A stretch of 64,000 nt of DNA from an uncultured virus (IMG/VR IMGVR_UViG_3300010938_000019). Its lineage: Duplodnaviria > Heunggongvirae > Uroviricota > Caudoviricetes. Position 1 is the stretch's first letter; each line of letters opens with the position of its first letter. The stretch lies in the IMG/VR virus record IMGVR_UViG_3300010938_000019; one strand, written 5' to 3'. The notes below the pieces were generated by a model that did no database searches, was not told where the DNA came from, and saw nothing but the letters and a program-made list of their open reading frames with translations. Below are positions 17,653 to 27,223 of the stretch, piece by piece. The position numbers and the translations under genes are program-made.

Positions 17653-17974
17653 TCCAGAATCAATGAAGAAGGAAGAACTTGTAGACAAAGTTCGCACTCT
17701 AACTCAAGAGCTTAAGCGATTGCTTAATGAGAACGAAGATCTTAAAGCTATTGCGGAAAATAGTACTCAGTCTAAGGAATCACTAAACTTTGATAGTTTA
17801 GGTGTAGTACTTAAAATGAATGACTTTAAGAACTTTGACGTAATACTACTTAAGTATGATTCAAAAGCTCAACAAGGTATCTTGGAAGAGAAGGTTAACT
17901 ATCCTACAAGACATCAAGCAGAATTTAAAGCTAAAGAATTTTTCCATACAAAAGTCTTAAAAGGAGGACTATAA
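17645..17974 (+). CDS. coiled-coil hypothetical protein
   Basis: AAGGAG SD. Confidence 0.65.
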   Translation: MASPESMKKEELVDKVRTLTQELKRLLNENEDLKAIAENSTQSKESLNFDSLGVVLKMNDFKNFDVILLKYDSKAQQGILEEKVNYPTRHQAEFKAKEFFHTKVLKGGL

Positions 17975-18237
17975 TGAAACTAAGTAAAATTGATTTGAAA
18001 TTTAAAGACCTTATTCGTGCATTACCCGCTAGTTCGAGGTATGATCTTACTCCAGTAATTCAACGTCTTGACGATGTTACTTTAGGATGTCAGATGAAAA
18101 TTGAATTGTTGGGTACTGATGCAGAAGGTAGGACATTTACTGAGAAGAAAGTAACGGTACTTGCTCAAGGTAAGAATGCTATTGAAGCTCAGTACAATGC
18201 ACTTAAACTAGCGCTTGTACAATTACAATTAATCTAA
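17974..18237 (+). CDS. hypothetical protein
   Basis: AGGAGG SD; TAATG coupling. Confidence 0.65.
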   Translation: MKLSKIDLKFKDLIRALPASSRYDLTPVIQRLDDVTLGCQMKIELLGTDAEGRTFTEKKVTVLAQGKNAIEAQYNALKLALVQLQLI

Positions 18238-18239
18238 TT

Positions 18240-19073
18240 ATGACAAAATACCAAAAATGGTACGATGAGTTAATTGCTAGGGCTAAAGAAAGAAATTACT
18301 TTAGTCCTAATTACAAAATAGGAATTCATCGTTGTTCTTTTCCTGTAGAAACTCATCATATTGTCCCTAGATCTATGGGAGGAAGCGATGAAGAATCTAA
18401 CCTGGCAGTATTAACTTTAAAAGAACATTATATTGCTCATTATTTATTGACTAAAATTTACAAAGAAAATGATAAAGTAATAGAAGCTTTTTTTATTATG
18501 TGCAATAGATCTGGAAGATCATCAAATACTTATACCGAACTTCGAACAAAGTTTTATAAACTAAGTTCTTTGCGAAGTAAAGAGTATTTTAGTAAACCTG
18601 AAAATATTGAAAAATTTAGACAAATAGGTTTGGATTTGGCTAAGAATCCTGACTACATAAAAAAAGTTAGTGAGGGTGTTAGAAAAGCCTATGCTACTAC
18701 CGATCTTAAAGATAAAATATCTAAAGCGTCTAAAGGGTTTTGGAATAATCCTGAGTATGTAAAAAAACAAATGGATTCTAAGTGGACTCATCGAACGGAT
18801 GAATACAGAAAAAAATCTTCAGAAAGAATGAAAATTTATAGTAGTCTTCCTGAAACTAAAAAAAGAAGATCTGAACAGTATAAAACTAGTAATTTTAATA
18901 GAAGTAGAAAAGTTATTGACCTAAATACAAATGAAGTATATAATAGTGCTATGGACCTATCTCTAAAATTAGGTTTAAAGTATGTTACTGTAAAACGAAG
19001 ACTATACAAAAATCCACATAAATATGGTTATATGTGGTTAGACGAATACAAAAACGGAGGAACAAATGGGTAG
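18240..19073 (+). mobile_element. free-standing HNH homing endonuclease
   Basis: ETHHIVPRSMGGSDEESNLAVLTLKEHYIAHYLL; NUMOD3-like basic repeats; C-terminal HTH-like domain. Confidence 0.85.
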
Positions 19074-19686
19074 TTTAATTTTTAAAAAAATGTCTGAAGT
19101 AATGAGGGACATTGGGTTTGTTGGTAAGGATCAAAAAAACCAAGCTCAAGGATTTAAGTTTAGAGGTATTGATCAATTTGTCAATACTCTTTATCCTGCT
19201 TTGGTTAAACATGGAGTATTTATGGCTCCTAGGTGTGTTAAAGAAGTTAGTGAAATCAAAGATGTAGTTAGGAGTTCTGGAAAAGCTGGAGTAGATAAAT
19301 ATGTAACTATTCTAATGGAGTACGACTTTTTTGCAGAGGATGGTAGCAAAGTTACAATTGGACCTATTCCTGCAGAAGGTTTAGACTCTGGAGACAAAGC
19401 TACTAACAAAGCTCTTTCTGCAGCTTTAAAGTATGCATTAATACAAACATTCAGCATACCTACTGCAGACATGGCAGAAGCAGATTCGGAATCTCCAGAA
19501 TTGGCAGTGGCTTCTCCTAAGTCATCAACGACTACCTCGACGCCTAAGGTAACTGCGCCTACTACAACAGAAAACGCTACTGCTACAGTAAACGGAAAGT
19601 CTACAGATTTTTCAAATAGAGCACGACAATTAAGGAGGACTAATGGAGCAGAACAATCTACTTCAGACAGAAACGAAAGTTTCTAA
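19066..19686 (+). CDS. ERF-family ssDNA annealing protein
   Basis: QGFKFRGID…GLDSGDKATNKALSAALKYALIQTFSIPT…D.D signature; Ser/Thr-rich tail. Confidence 0.85.
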   Translation: MGSLIFKKMSEVMRDIGFVGKDQKNQAQGFKFRGIDQFVNTLYPALVKHGVFMAPRCVKEVSEIKDVVRSSGKAGVDKYVTILMEYDFFAEDGSKVTIGPIPAEGLDSGDKATNKALSAALKYALIQTFSIPTADMAEADSESPELAVASPKSSTTTSTPKVTAPTTTENATATVNGKSTDFSNRARQLRRTNGAEQSTSDRNESF

Positions 19687-20002
19687 AAAAGAAGAAATCA
19701 ATTTCGATGAACTTCCTTTAGAAGCTAAGGTAGGTACTTTAGCTCAAGAGATGGACATTGAACTTCAGAACTTTGAACGACTGCTTCCTAGACTTTCTAA
19801 GAAACAATTAGAAAGAGTACTACGAAGAGTTGTTAGCTATCCAATGACTATGGTGAAGCCGTCTAATGACGAAGCTGAACGTGTAGTTGGCGGTATTGGT
19901 GTAAAGATTGAGCATTTAAAAATATTAACTATCAAGTACGCAGATGAACTTGATAAACTTCAAAAGGAGCAAAACGATGGAAAAGAAACCGTACAAGCGT
20001 AA
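19643..20002 (+). CDS. hypothetical protein
   Basis: AAGGAGG SD. Confidence 0.65.
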   Translation: MEQNNLLQTETKVSKKEEINFDELPLEAKVGTLAQEMDIELQNFERLLPRLSKKQLERVLRRVVSYPMTMVKPSNDEAERVVGGIGVKIEHLKILTIKYADELDKLQKEQNDGKETVQA

Positions 20003-20249
20003 AGAGTATGTAACTCTAGGATCAGTCATGGTAGGTAAGGATGGAAGTTCTTACATTTCTGTGAGCAAGGATGTTCAAATTACTATTAACGGTAAAACGT
20101 TTAGTGGTAAGTACATTAGCTTGCAATCCCCTGCTGATAAATTCAAACGTATGGCAGATAAAGGGACTATTACTCAGGACGAGGCTGCCGAAAAGATTGC
20201 CAAAATCCCTGAGTACGTAAAGAAAGAAGTTGTTGCAGTTTTAGAGTAA
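19977..20249 (+). CDS. hypothetical protein in the replication block
   Basis: AAGGAG SD before ATG 19977. Confidence 0.65.
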   Translation: MEKKPYKRKEYVTLGSVMVGKDGSSYISVSKDVQITINGKTFSGKYISLQSPADKFKRMADKGTITQDEAAEKIAKIPEYVKKEVVAVLE

Positions 20250-20256
20250 AGTGTAG

Positions 20257-20301
20257 TATACTATTTTGCGTATAGTAATGTGCTATACGCATTTTAGTAT
20301 A
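20257..20301 (+). terminator. long hairpin, terminator-like or origin-associated
   Basis: TATACTA-ttt-TGCGTATAG…CTATACGCA-ttt-TAGTATA inverted repeat. Confidence 0.5.
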
Positions 20302-20332
20302 TGAAGTATATTTTAGTATACTTGGGGGATCA

Positions 20333-22336
20333 ATGAAGGAGGGTAAGGTAATGTACGTTAGATTATGCGAAAGTTTAAATAATGTCGGCAAATTAGTTCC
20401 AGTCAATGAAGTTCATAAATATATTACAGACGTAAATAAAGATTACTACACATCTATATTTCAATATAATGAGTCCCAAAAAACTCAAGCTGAAGAAAGC
20501 ATTGAAGTTCAAAAAGATGGGAAAACTATTAATAGACTTAAAGGTGTCTCTGGCATTAGAGATGTCATCACTAATAAGTTAGTATTTGACTTTGACTCAG
20601 ATAAGTTAAAAGACGCTCAAAGAGATACACTAGAGCTTTTAAATCGACTAGAGGATAAAGGCGTAAACGTAGATACTGAAGTCAATATTTGCTTTAGTGG
20701 ATCTAAAGGGTTTTCTGTAGAATTAAATACTACTGAAACCTTCAACCCTAATCAATTTAAAAACATCGTACATAATTTGGCACTAGATTTAAAGACATTT
20801 GATCCTAAGATTATTGATCCCAGTAGAATCTTTAGACTACCCTTTACTAAGCATCCCAAGACTGGTTTATATAAAACTCCTATATCTAAAGAAGAACTTT
20901 CTATTTTAAGTATTGATGAGATTAAACTCCTTGCTAAACAAAAACCTGAAGTAAACGTTGAGTATCTTTCATATACCACAACACTTCCTAGAGAGATTAA
21001 GGATCTTAGAAATGTATCGGTAGAAAAGCAATTCCCGGTAGTATTAAGCAATGAAACAATTGCTGAATTAGATTTAGTTAACAAACCATCATGGCTTTCA
21101 AATTGGAAATACGCCCTTTCTAGAGGATTCTTTAAGGAAGGCACTAGAAGCTACGCTTTGACTATTCTAGGGGCTACATGTAGAAATCAAAGTATGTCTA
21201 AGACTCAAGCATACTACTTCTTAAAAGCTGCCGCTGATGAACAAGTACAGAGATTTGGTGGATCTAAGTTTGAGAAGAATGAGATTTGGAATAATATTGT
21301 AGAAGTTGTGTATGGAGGAAACTGGCAAGGAGGCTCTTGGTCTGAAGACAATTTTCCCATTGATTTAAAAAACTTCTTAATAAGTCATAACATACCTAGA
21401 GAAGGTAATAATAACAATCTTGAAATGGTTGAAACTATTGATGAAGGATTTGACGAGTTTTTAAACTACGCTAAAGATATTGACAAAAATACCATGAAGT
21501 TTGGTATACCTTCTTTAGATAAAGTATTAAAAATAAGAAAAGGACATTTGATCGGATTACTCGCCCCACCTTCAATAGGAAAAACTTCATTTGCCGTAAC
21601 ATTAGCTAATAATACCAGCAAAGAAGGTAATCTAGTATATTTTGCTTCTTATGATATGTATAAAAACAACGTATATCAAAAGTTGATTCAAAGACATACA
21701 GGATTAAGTGAAGAAGATATTTATAAAGTATTTACCACTCAGAACACTGAGCGAATTGAACAGTTTAGAAATATTCTTGCTACAGAATATAGGAATGTAG
21801 TATTTTGTTTTAAGTCCGGTCAGACTATTGAACAACTTAAGCAATCTATTAAAGAAGTTGAAAAACAAAGATCACAAAAGGTAGACTTAGTCATTGTCGA
21901 TTATCTAGAGTTAGTAATTACTGATAAGAGCGATCCTACTGCCGCGTCTGCAGCAGCCGCTCAAGGTCTAAGAGAAGTTGCTAATGAAGGTCGAGTTGTT
22001 TTGAAACTTTTGCAACCAAACAAGCTAAGTAATAAACCTAACCAGCCTATGACTAGTGCTACGGCAGCAAAGGGCAGCGGTTCCATACAACAAGCCGCGA
22101 CTGCAATTATTACATTGCATAGACCTGGATTCCATTCTAGATTACCGAACGAAGATAAATTTATAGGTCTTGATTGTGTAAAAAATAGAAATGGAGCTTT
22201 ATTCTCTTTAGATTTTTATTGGGATGGTAAAACACAGACTTTTAGTGAAATTGATGATGTAGGTCGTATTAAACTAGAGAATGTTAAAAAAATGATAAGA
22301 GAATTAGAGAATGAAGATAAAGAGGATGAGTGGTAA
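20333..22336 (+). CDS. AEP-type primase fused to DnaB-like (SF4) helicase
   Basis: VFDFD, SGSKGF and RIFRLP…HPKTG primase motifs; Walker A APPSIGKT, Walker B IVDY, KNRNG arginine finger. Confidence 0.85.
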   Translation: MKEGKVMYVRLCESLNNVGKLVPVNEVHKYITDVNKDYYTSIFQYNESQKTQAEESIEVQKDGKTINRLKGVSGIRDVITNKLVFDFDSDKLKDAQRDTLELLNRLEDKGVNVDTEVNICFSGSKGFSVELNTTETFNPNQFKNIVHNLALDLKTFDPKIIDPSRIFRLPFTKHPKTGLYKTPISKEELSILSIDEIKLLAKQKPEVNVEYLSYTTTLPREIKDLRNVSVEKQFPVVLSNETIAELDLVNKPSWLSNWKYALSRGFFKEGTRSYALTILGATCRNQSMSKTQAYYFLKAAADEQVQRFGGSKFEKNEIWNNIVEVVYGGNWQGGSWSEDNFPIDLKNFLISHNIPREGNNNNLEMVETIDEGFDEFLNYAKDIDKNTMKFGIPSLDKVLKIRKGHLIGLLAPPSIGKTSFAVTLANNTSKEGNLVYFASYDMYKNNVYQKLIQRHTGLSEEDIYKVFTTQNTERIEQFRNILATEYRNVVFCFKSGQTIEQLKQSIKEVEKQRSQKVDLVIVDYLELVITDKSDPTAASAAAAQGLREVANEGRVVLKLLQPNKLSNKPNQPMTSATAAKGSGSIQQAATAIITLHRPGFHSRLPNEDKFIGLDCVKNRNGALFSLDFYWDGKTQTFSEIDDVGRIKLENVKKMIRELENEDKEDEW

Positions 22337-23076
22337 TGAAATTTACTAGAAAATTTAAAAAAGATTTAACAGGACTAACTTTTGGTAAACTTAAGGTTGT
22401 AGAATACTCTCACAGAAAAAATGACTTAGTTTACTGGAAGTGTTCTTGTGAATGTGGTGGAAGTAAAGAAGTTCCGACTTTTAAACTTACAGGAAGTCGA
22501 GTTCGTAGTTGTGGTTGTTTATTAAAAACTCACTATAATGATATAACTGGTAAAAAATTAAACAGACTTACTGCTATAAAATATCACAGTAAAAATAGCG
22601 CCAACAATAGAATATGGATTTTTAAATGTGATTGCGGGAAAGAGTTTAAAGCTGAATATAGTGATTTTGTACGGGAAAAAGTAAAAAGTTGCGGATGTTT
22701 GACTATAATTTCTGCAAAATCTCCCAAAAGTAAGTATAGTAGACCTGTTAATGAAAAATATAACGAATATAAATTTAGAGCTAAGAAAAATGGTATAAAA
22801 TTTGATTTATCTAAAGATGAGTTTTTGAGTATTATAAAAAGTAACTGTAATTATTGCGGAGAATCTCCTTCGCAATGTAAATTTGACAGAACTAGAAATT
22901 TTACGGAAATGTTAAACGGTATTGACAAAGTAGATAACGACTCAGGATACATCATGGAAAATTGCGTTCCTTGTTGTACAGTTTGTAATCTTGCTAAAAG
23001 GAATATGGGAGTTGACGTATTTCTAGATTGGATCTCTAGAGTTTCCGATAATCTAAGAACTAAGGGGTTAATTTAA
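22330..23076 (+). mobile_element. HNH-type homing endonuclease
   Basis: Two DLTG..FG.L…CxCxCG…SCGC repeats; CNYC…GIDKVDN..GY..ENCVPCCTVCN. Confidence 0.85.
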
Positions 23077-23363
23077 TGGACGAATTATTTGTATCGGAGT
23101 CGGATAGCGTCTATACCGTTATACAAAAAGAAATTGAAATAGTTAAGCAAGAATGTTCTCGACTAGATAATGATGCCATGGTGGATGAATGCTACAACAT
23201 CTCGTTAAGATTTCACCATTTTGAAGTAATTAACATAGTTAACGAATACTTTAAGATTGGCTACATTAGTCCCGAACAAAGGCTCCGACTTGACTCTTTC
23301 TATGTTTTAGTGCATACTGAATTATGTTGGGGGGATGATGGAAAGATTCTACATATTAGATGA
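23076..23363 (+). CDS. hypothetical protein
   Basis: TAATG coupling. Confidence 0.6.
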   Translation: MDELFVSESDSVYTVIQKEIEIVKQECSRLDNDAMVDECYNISLRFHHFEVINIVNEYFKIGYISPEQRLRLDSFYVLVHTELCWGDDGKILHIR

Positions 23364-25035
23364 TGAAAACCTCAAGTCTATGCGGGACTATCTTTCTACA
23401 GTAAAATATACTGTAAAAGAAGACCTTATTTTAACAGATGAATTCGAGTTCGAGCTAGACAAAAAGTATGTTTCTCTCCTCACTACTTTGAAGTCTAGTT
23501 CGGAATATTCTGACCCTCTTATATATGGAAAGGACTCCACATTAGGGGTTACAGCCATAGAAATCATGGACGACGAACTATGGCTTTTTAAACGCGACGG
23601 GACTATAGAGAAACGTCCTCATTACTTCTGGGTAATGTCTACTAGACCATTAGACTCTCATTTCGAGAGACTTGACGGAAATCAGCACTACAAGTACATT
23701 CGTTACTTCACCACTAAAAACGCATACTACGCCTTTCTAAAGCACGCCGAAAATCGTAAGTATGACGTATTCACTATTTACAATTCCAAAGAAGCTGCAA
23801 TGGTACTAAACGGTATTACCTCGTATAAGGGTATGACTTTGGACGATCTAGGCATACTAGCATTCGATATAGAAAGTGCCGGATTGACTCAGGATAGTAA
23901 GTCAAATGTATTTCTAATTACTAACGTCTTTAAAAAGAACGGTGTAATTACCGAGAAGCACTTCAGATTAGATAGGTTTGAAAATACTGGTGCAATGATT
24001 GATGAATGGTGCAATTGGGTGCAATCTGTAAATCCTGACATTATTACCGGACATAACATAAACGGATATGACTTACCTTATCTCCATCATGTTGCTAAGC
24101 TCTATGGCACCACTCTTAAGCTTGGTAAGGACATTAGTGAACCTTTCTTTAGTACAAAGGAATCTCAGTATAGAGTGGATGGTACTCAGAGCTGGACATA
24201 TAAAAGAATTGGTATTTTTGGAAGACAGATTATAGACGGTATGTTTCTAGCTGTTAAGTACGATATTGGTAGAAAGTACTCAAGTTGGGGACTAAAGCAG
24301 ATTGCTCAAGCTGAGGGACTTGTAAAGGAAGATCGGCAATTCTACGATGCTTCATTAATTGCTAAGAATTGGAAAGATCCAATAGAGAGAGAAAAGATTG
24401 TGCAATACGGTCTTGATGATGCAATGGATTCTTTGAAGCTTTTTGAGTTGATGATCCCTGCATATTTCTATTCGTCTATGTCTATACCTAAACCATTCCA
24501 ATCTATTATTGAAGGAGCTAGCGGTAGCTGGATTAACTCGATATTGATTAGAGGATACCTTCAAGAAGATCACAGCATACCCAAGGCTACTGAACTAACT
24601 GCTCACGTAGAAGGTGGGATTAGTTTTGCAGTCCCTGGCGTTTATAGAAACCTTTTTAAGGTAGATTTAAAAAGTGCATATCCTTCTCAGATTTTGAGGT
24701 TCCAATTATCGGACAAACATAAAGATCCAAAAAGTTACTTTTATAAATTAGTCAAGTTTTTTACTGAGCAACGTTTTGAAATGAAACGTTTAGGAAAAGA
24801 AACTGGACTAAGGCTATACCAGGATCGTGACGCAGCGAATAAAATATTTATTAACAGTGCCTATGGAGCTTGTAATACTCCAGGATTAAACTTTAATTCT
24901 CCCGAAATTGCTGCTATAATAACACTTGAGACTAGAAAAGTTATCGACCTAGCGTTGATATGGGCTAGTGGGAAAAATAAAGAATATTGGATTAGTGAAT
25001 TTAAAAAGAAAACAGGAAGAGATGAAAATGACTAG
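23335..25035 (+). CDS. family B DNA polymerase, N-terminal part (3'-5' exonuclease, motifs A and B)
   Basis: Exo I FDIES, Exo II GHNINGYD, Exo III YGLDD, motif A DLKSAYPS, motif B KIFINSAYG; motif C absent. Confidence 0.9.
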   Translation: MMERFYILDDENLKSMRDYLSTVKYTVKEDLILTDEFEFELDKKYVSLLTTLKSSSEYSDPLIYGKDSTLGVTAIEIMDDELWLFKRDGTIEKRPHYFWVMSTRPLDSHFERLDGNQHYKYIRYFTTKNAYYAFLKHAENRKYDVFTIYNSKEAAMVLNGITSYKGMTLDDLGILAFDIESAGLTQDSKSNVFLITNVFKKNGVITEKHFRLDRFENTGAMIDEWCNWVQSVNPDIITGHNINGYDLPYLHHVAKLYGTTLKLGKDISEPFFSTKESQYRVDGTQSWTYKRIGIFGRQIIDGMFLAVKYDIGRKYSSWGLKQIAQAEGLVKEDRQFYDASLIAKNWKDPIEREKIVQYGLDDAMDSLKLFELMIPAYFYSSMSIPKPFQSIIEGASGSWINSILIRGYLQEDHSIPKATELTAHVEGGISFAVPGVYRNLFKVDLKSAYPSQILRFQLSDKHKDPKSYFYKLVKFFTEQRFEMKRLGKETGLRLYQDRDAANKIFINSAYGACNTPGLNFNSPEIAAIITLETRKVIDLALIWASGKNKEYWISEFKKKTGRDEND

Positions 25036-25570
25036 AGGTAGAAAAACTGTAGAATGTTCTAGATGTAAAAAAACTAAATTGCATTTTGGACTTGGTATGT
25101 GTAGCGCTTGTTTACGTAGAACTAAACGAGAAACAAAACCTGAATTTTATTTAGGAACGTGCTATTCAGAAATGACTAGAAGAGTAACTCGCTTTGATCC
25201 AAAAAGACCTAGATACTTTGGAAAAGAAATATGTAGAAAAGAAGAATTTATTAATAGGTTTTTACATGATGAGGAATTCCTAAGACTATTTAAGGGGTGG
25301 CAGGATTCTGGATTTAAACGTAGGTTTTCTCCATCTATAGATCGAGTAGATAACGACAAAGACTATACTATTGATAATATGATGTTTATTATACATCATG
25401 AAAATTCTAAAAAAGACAATGGTAAAAAAATAAAATTAATTAAAGATAACGAAGTATTAATTTTTAATACCCATACAGAAGGTGCTAAATTTTTAAAAGT
25501 AAGTCCTAATGATTTTTCAAAATATAAAAGATTAAAACAATGTAAAGGATGGAACTTTGAAGAATTATAA
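25028..25570 (+). mobile_element. HNH-type endonuclease gene inserted within polB
   Basis: CSRC…H…C..C zinc finger; PSIDRVDNDKDYTIDN…EN; overlaps both polymerase ORFs. Confidence 0.8.
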
Positions 25571-26321
25571 TTTTATTATTGGTCCCGTAGATACCGATTC
25601 CGTTTCTTTCTGTAAAGCAGATCAAAGTCCTTTTTCTGAAGAGGAATTAAAGTCTCTTTTAAAAGAATTAAATGATATTAGTCCGGAATTCATGGTATGG
25701 GAAGATGACGGGTATTATGAAGCTTGTTTGTCAATAAAGGCTAAGAATTACGTATTAAAAACCAAAAATGGAGAAAAGAAATATAAAGGTTCTGCATTTA
25801 AAGACCAAAAGAAAGAACCTGCACTAAAGGAACTTATGTTTGAAATAGTGGATTGTATGTTAGACGGTACAAGCTCTCTCACAGAGGTATACCACCGCTA
25901 CATTCAAGAAGCTATGAACATTGAAGATATCTCTAGATGGGCAATTAAGAAGAGTATTACCAAAAAGCTACTTACAGGTACTCGCAAAAACGAGACTAAA
26001 GTAATGGATGCCATAGACGGTGACTCAGTTCAGGAAGGGGACAAAGTGTATCTTTACTGGAATATTGAGGGTGAGGTTCAGGATGTCGCCAAAGGCGAGC
26101 CAGTATTCTACAAGGATGGTAGACCTAAAATGATACCAAATAGGATATTAAAGAAGATCGATGAGTTTGACGGAAACTACGATCACCTCCATTATGTCAA
26201 AAGAGTATACGATACCGTATCCATCCTAAAGACCGTATTTGACATGGAAGAGATTCCCAAGTATCATAGTTCTAAGTCAGCTCATTTGCTTGAGCAGTTT
26301 AAAGGGGAAAGTAATGTCTAA
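25557..26321 (+). CDS. family B DNA polymerase, C-terminal part (motif C and thumb)
   Basis: TTG start 7 nt after AAGGA; DTDS at residues 12-15, KAKNYV, YKGS. Confidence 0.88.
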   Translation: MKNYNFIIGPVDTDSVSFCKADQSPFSEEELKSLLKELNDISPEFMVWEDDGYYEACLSIKAKNYVLKTKNGEKKYKGSAFKDQKKEPALKELMFEIVDCMLDGTSSLTEVYHRYIQEAMNIEDISRWAIKKSITKKLLTGTRKNETKVMDAIDGDSVQEGDKVYLYWNIEGEVQDVAKGEPVFYKDGRPKMIPNRILKKIDEFDGNYDHLHYVKRVYDTVSILKTVFDMEEIPKYHSSKSAHLLEQFKGESNV

Positions 26322-26664
26322 TTTAGTTGATTTTAGTTCATTAAAGCAACGTCAAGAAGAGCTAAAGAAAAAAGTTATTCTAGTAGAATTTAAGAAAAGA
26401 AATAACACCGAACTAGACAAAGAAATGTACATAGAACATAGTTCAGGTACTAATAATCTCAAACTAATGGTCCAAAACAATAGACTACTAACTGGTCCTG
26501 TAAACCTAGAAGAAGATGCATATGCTGGTGGATATAACATTGCCATTAACGGTAAGAGTATGTTCCTAGACTTTGCTGAATCGCTAGATCTCTATGTACT
26601 TTTAAACTCTTTGTTTTCTAAGACTGATGGAATAAAGAGCGTAACTACTTTACTAGAGGAATAA
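26314..26664 (+). CDS. hypothetical protein
   Basis: AAGGGG SD before ATG 26314. Confidence 0.6.
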   Translation: MSNLVDFSSLKQRQEELKKKVILVEFKKRNNTELDKEMYIEHSSGTNNLKLMVQNNRLLTGPVNLEEDAYAGGYNIAINGKSMFLDFAESLDLYVLLNSLFSKTDGIKSVTTLLEE

Positions 26665-26765
26665 TGGAAGTCATACATTTAGCCATACTATTAACCATTG
26701 AAGTAAGTGCAATAGTTTTTTTAATCTACGGAATTTCTAGATTAATTAATTTTTTACTTAAATAA
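26664..26765 (+). CDS. 33-aa membrane peptide
   Basis: GAGGA SD, TAATG coupling, almost fully hydrophobic; fills the gap exactly. Confidence 0.45.
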   Translation: MEVIHLAILLTIEVSAIVFLIYGISRLINFLLK

Positions 26766-26771
26766 GGATTT

Positions 26772-26960
26772 ATGGACTTAACCAGTTTACTAACAGCTTA
26801 CTACAATGCAGTATATACTAAGAATAAGTTTTCCCAAAGTATTATTTATACTCGATTGATACTCATGGGACATACAGAAAAAGAAATTATGGTTCTTCTT
26901 AAAAAACAATTTAAGAGTGCTATTATAATAAAGAAAGCTAAAAAGAAGAAAAGAAAATGA
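26772..26960 (+). CDS. small basic protein
   Basis: AAGGA SD; Lys-rich end. Confidence 0.5.
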   Translation: MDLTSLLTAYYNAVYTKNKFSQSIIYTRLILMGHTEKEIMVLLKKQFKSAIIIKKAKKKKRK

Positions 26961-27223
26961 GAATAGTGCTTTATAATCAACATACTGCAAATTCTTTTAT
27001 TCAAGCTAGATTGCATCTTCCTTTTATTTTTCTCAATAAGACTGTAGGATGGTTTGAAAGATCTACTCTTATTAGTGGTATAAAAGCGCCTACGTCTTTT
27101 TTAATAGAGCATACCGAATACCTTAAGATAAGAGATAATGATAGTAAAGTAGAATGTTTAGAGATAAAAGTAATACTGTTAGGTTTTGGATTTAGTTTAC
27201 ATTTTAGGAGAGAAAATGGTTAA
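26957..27223 (+). CDS. hypothetical protein
   Basis: ATGA overlap. Confidence 0.5.
   Translation: MRIVLYNQHTANSFIQARLHLPFIFLNKTVGWFERSTLISGIKAPTSFLIEHTEYLKIRDNDSKVECLEIKVILLGFGFSLHFRRENG

Noticed and set aside
24990..25600. Group I intron or intein as the explanation for the polB split
   Set aside because: No non-coding space or P/Q/R/S elements, ORFs overlap on both sides, and no Cys/Ser…Asn intein ends.
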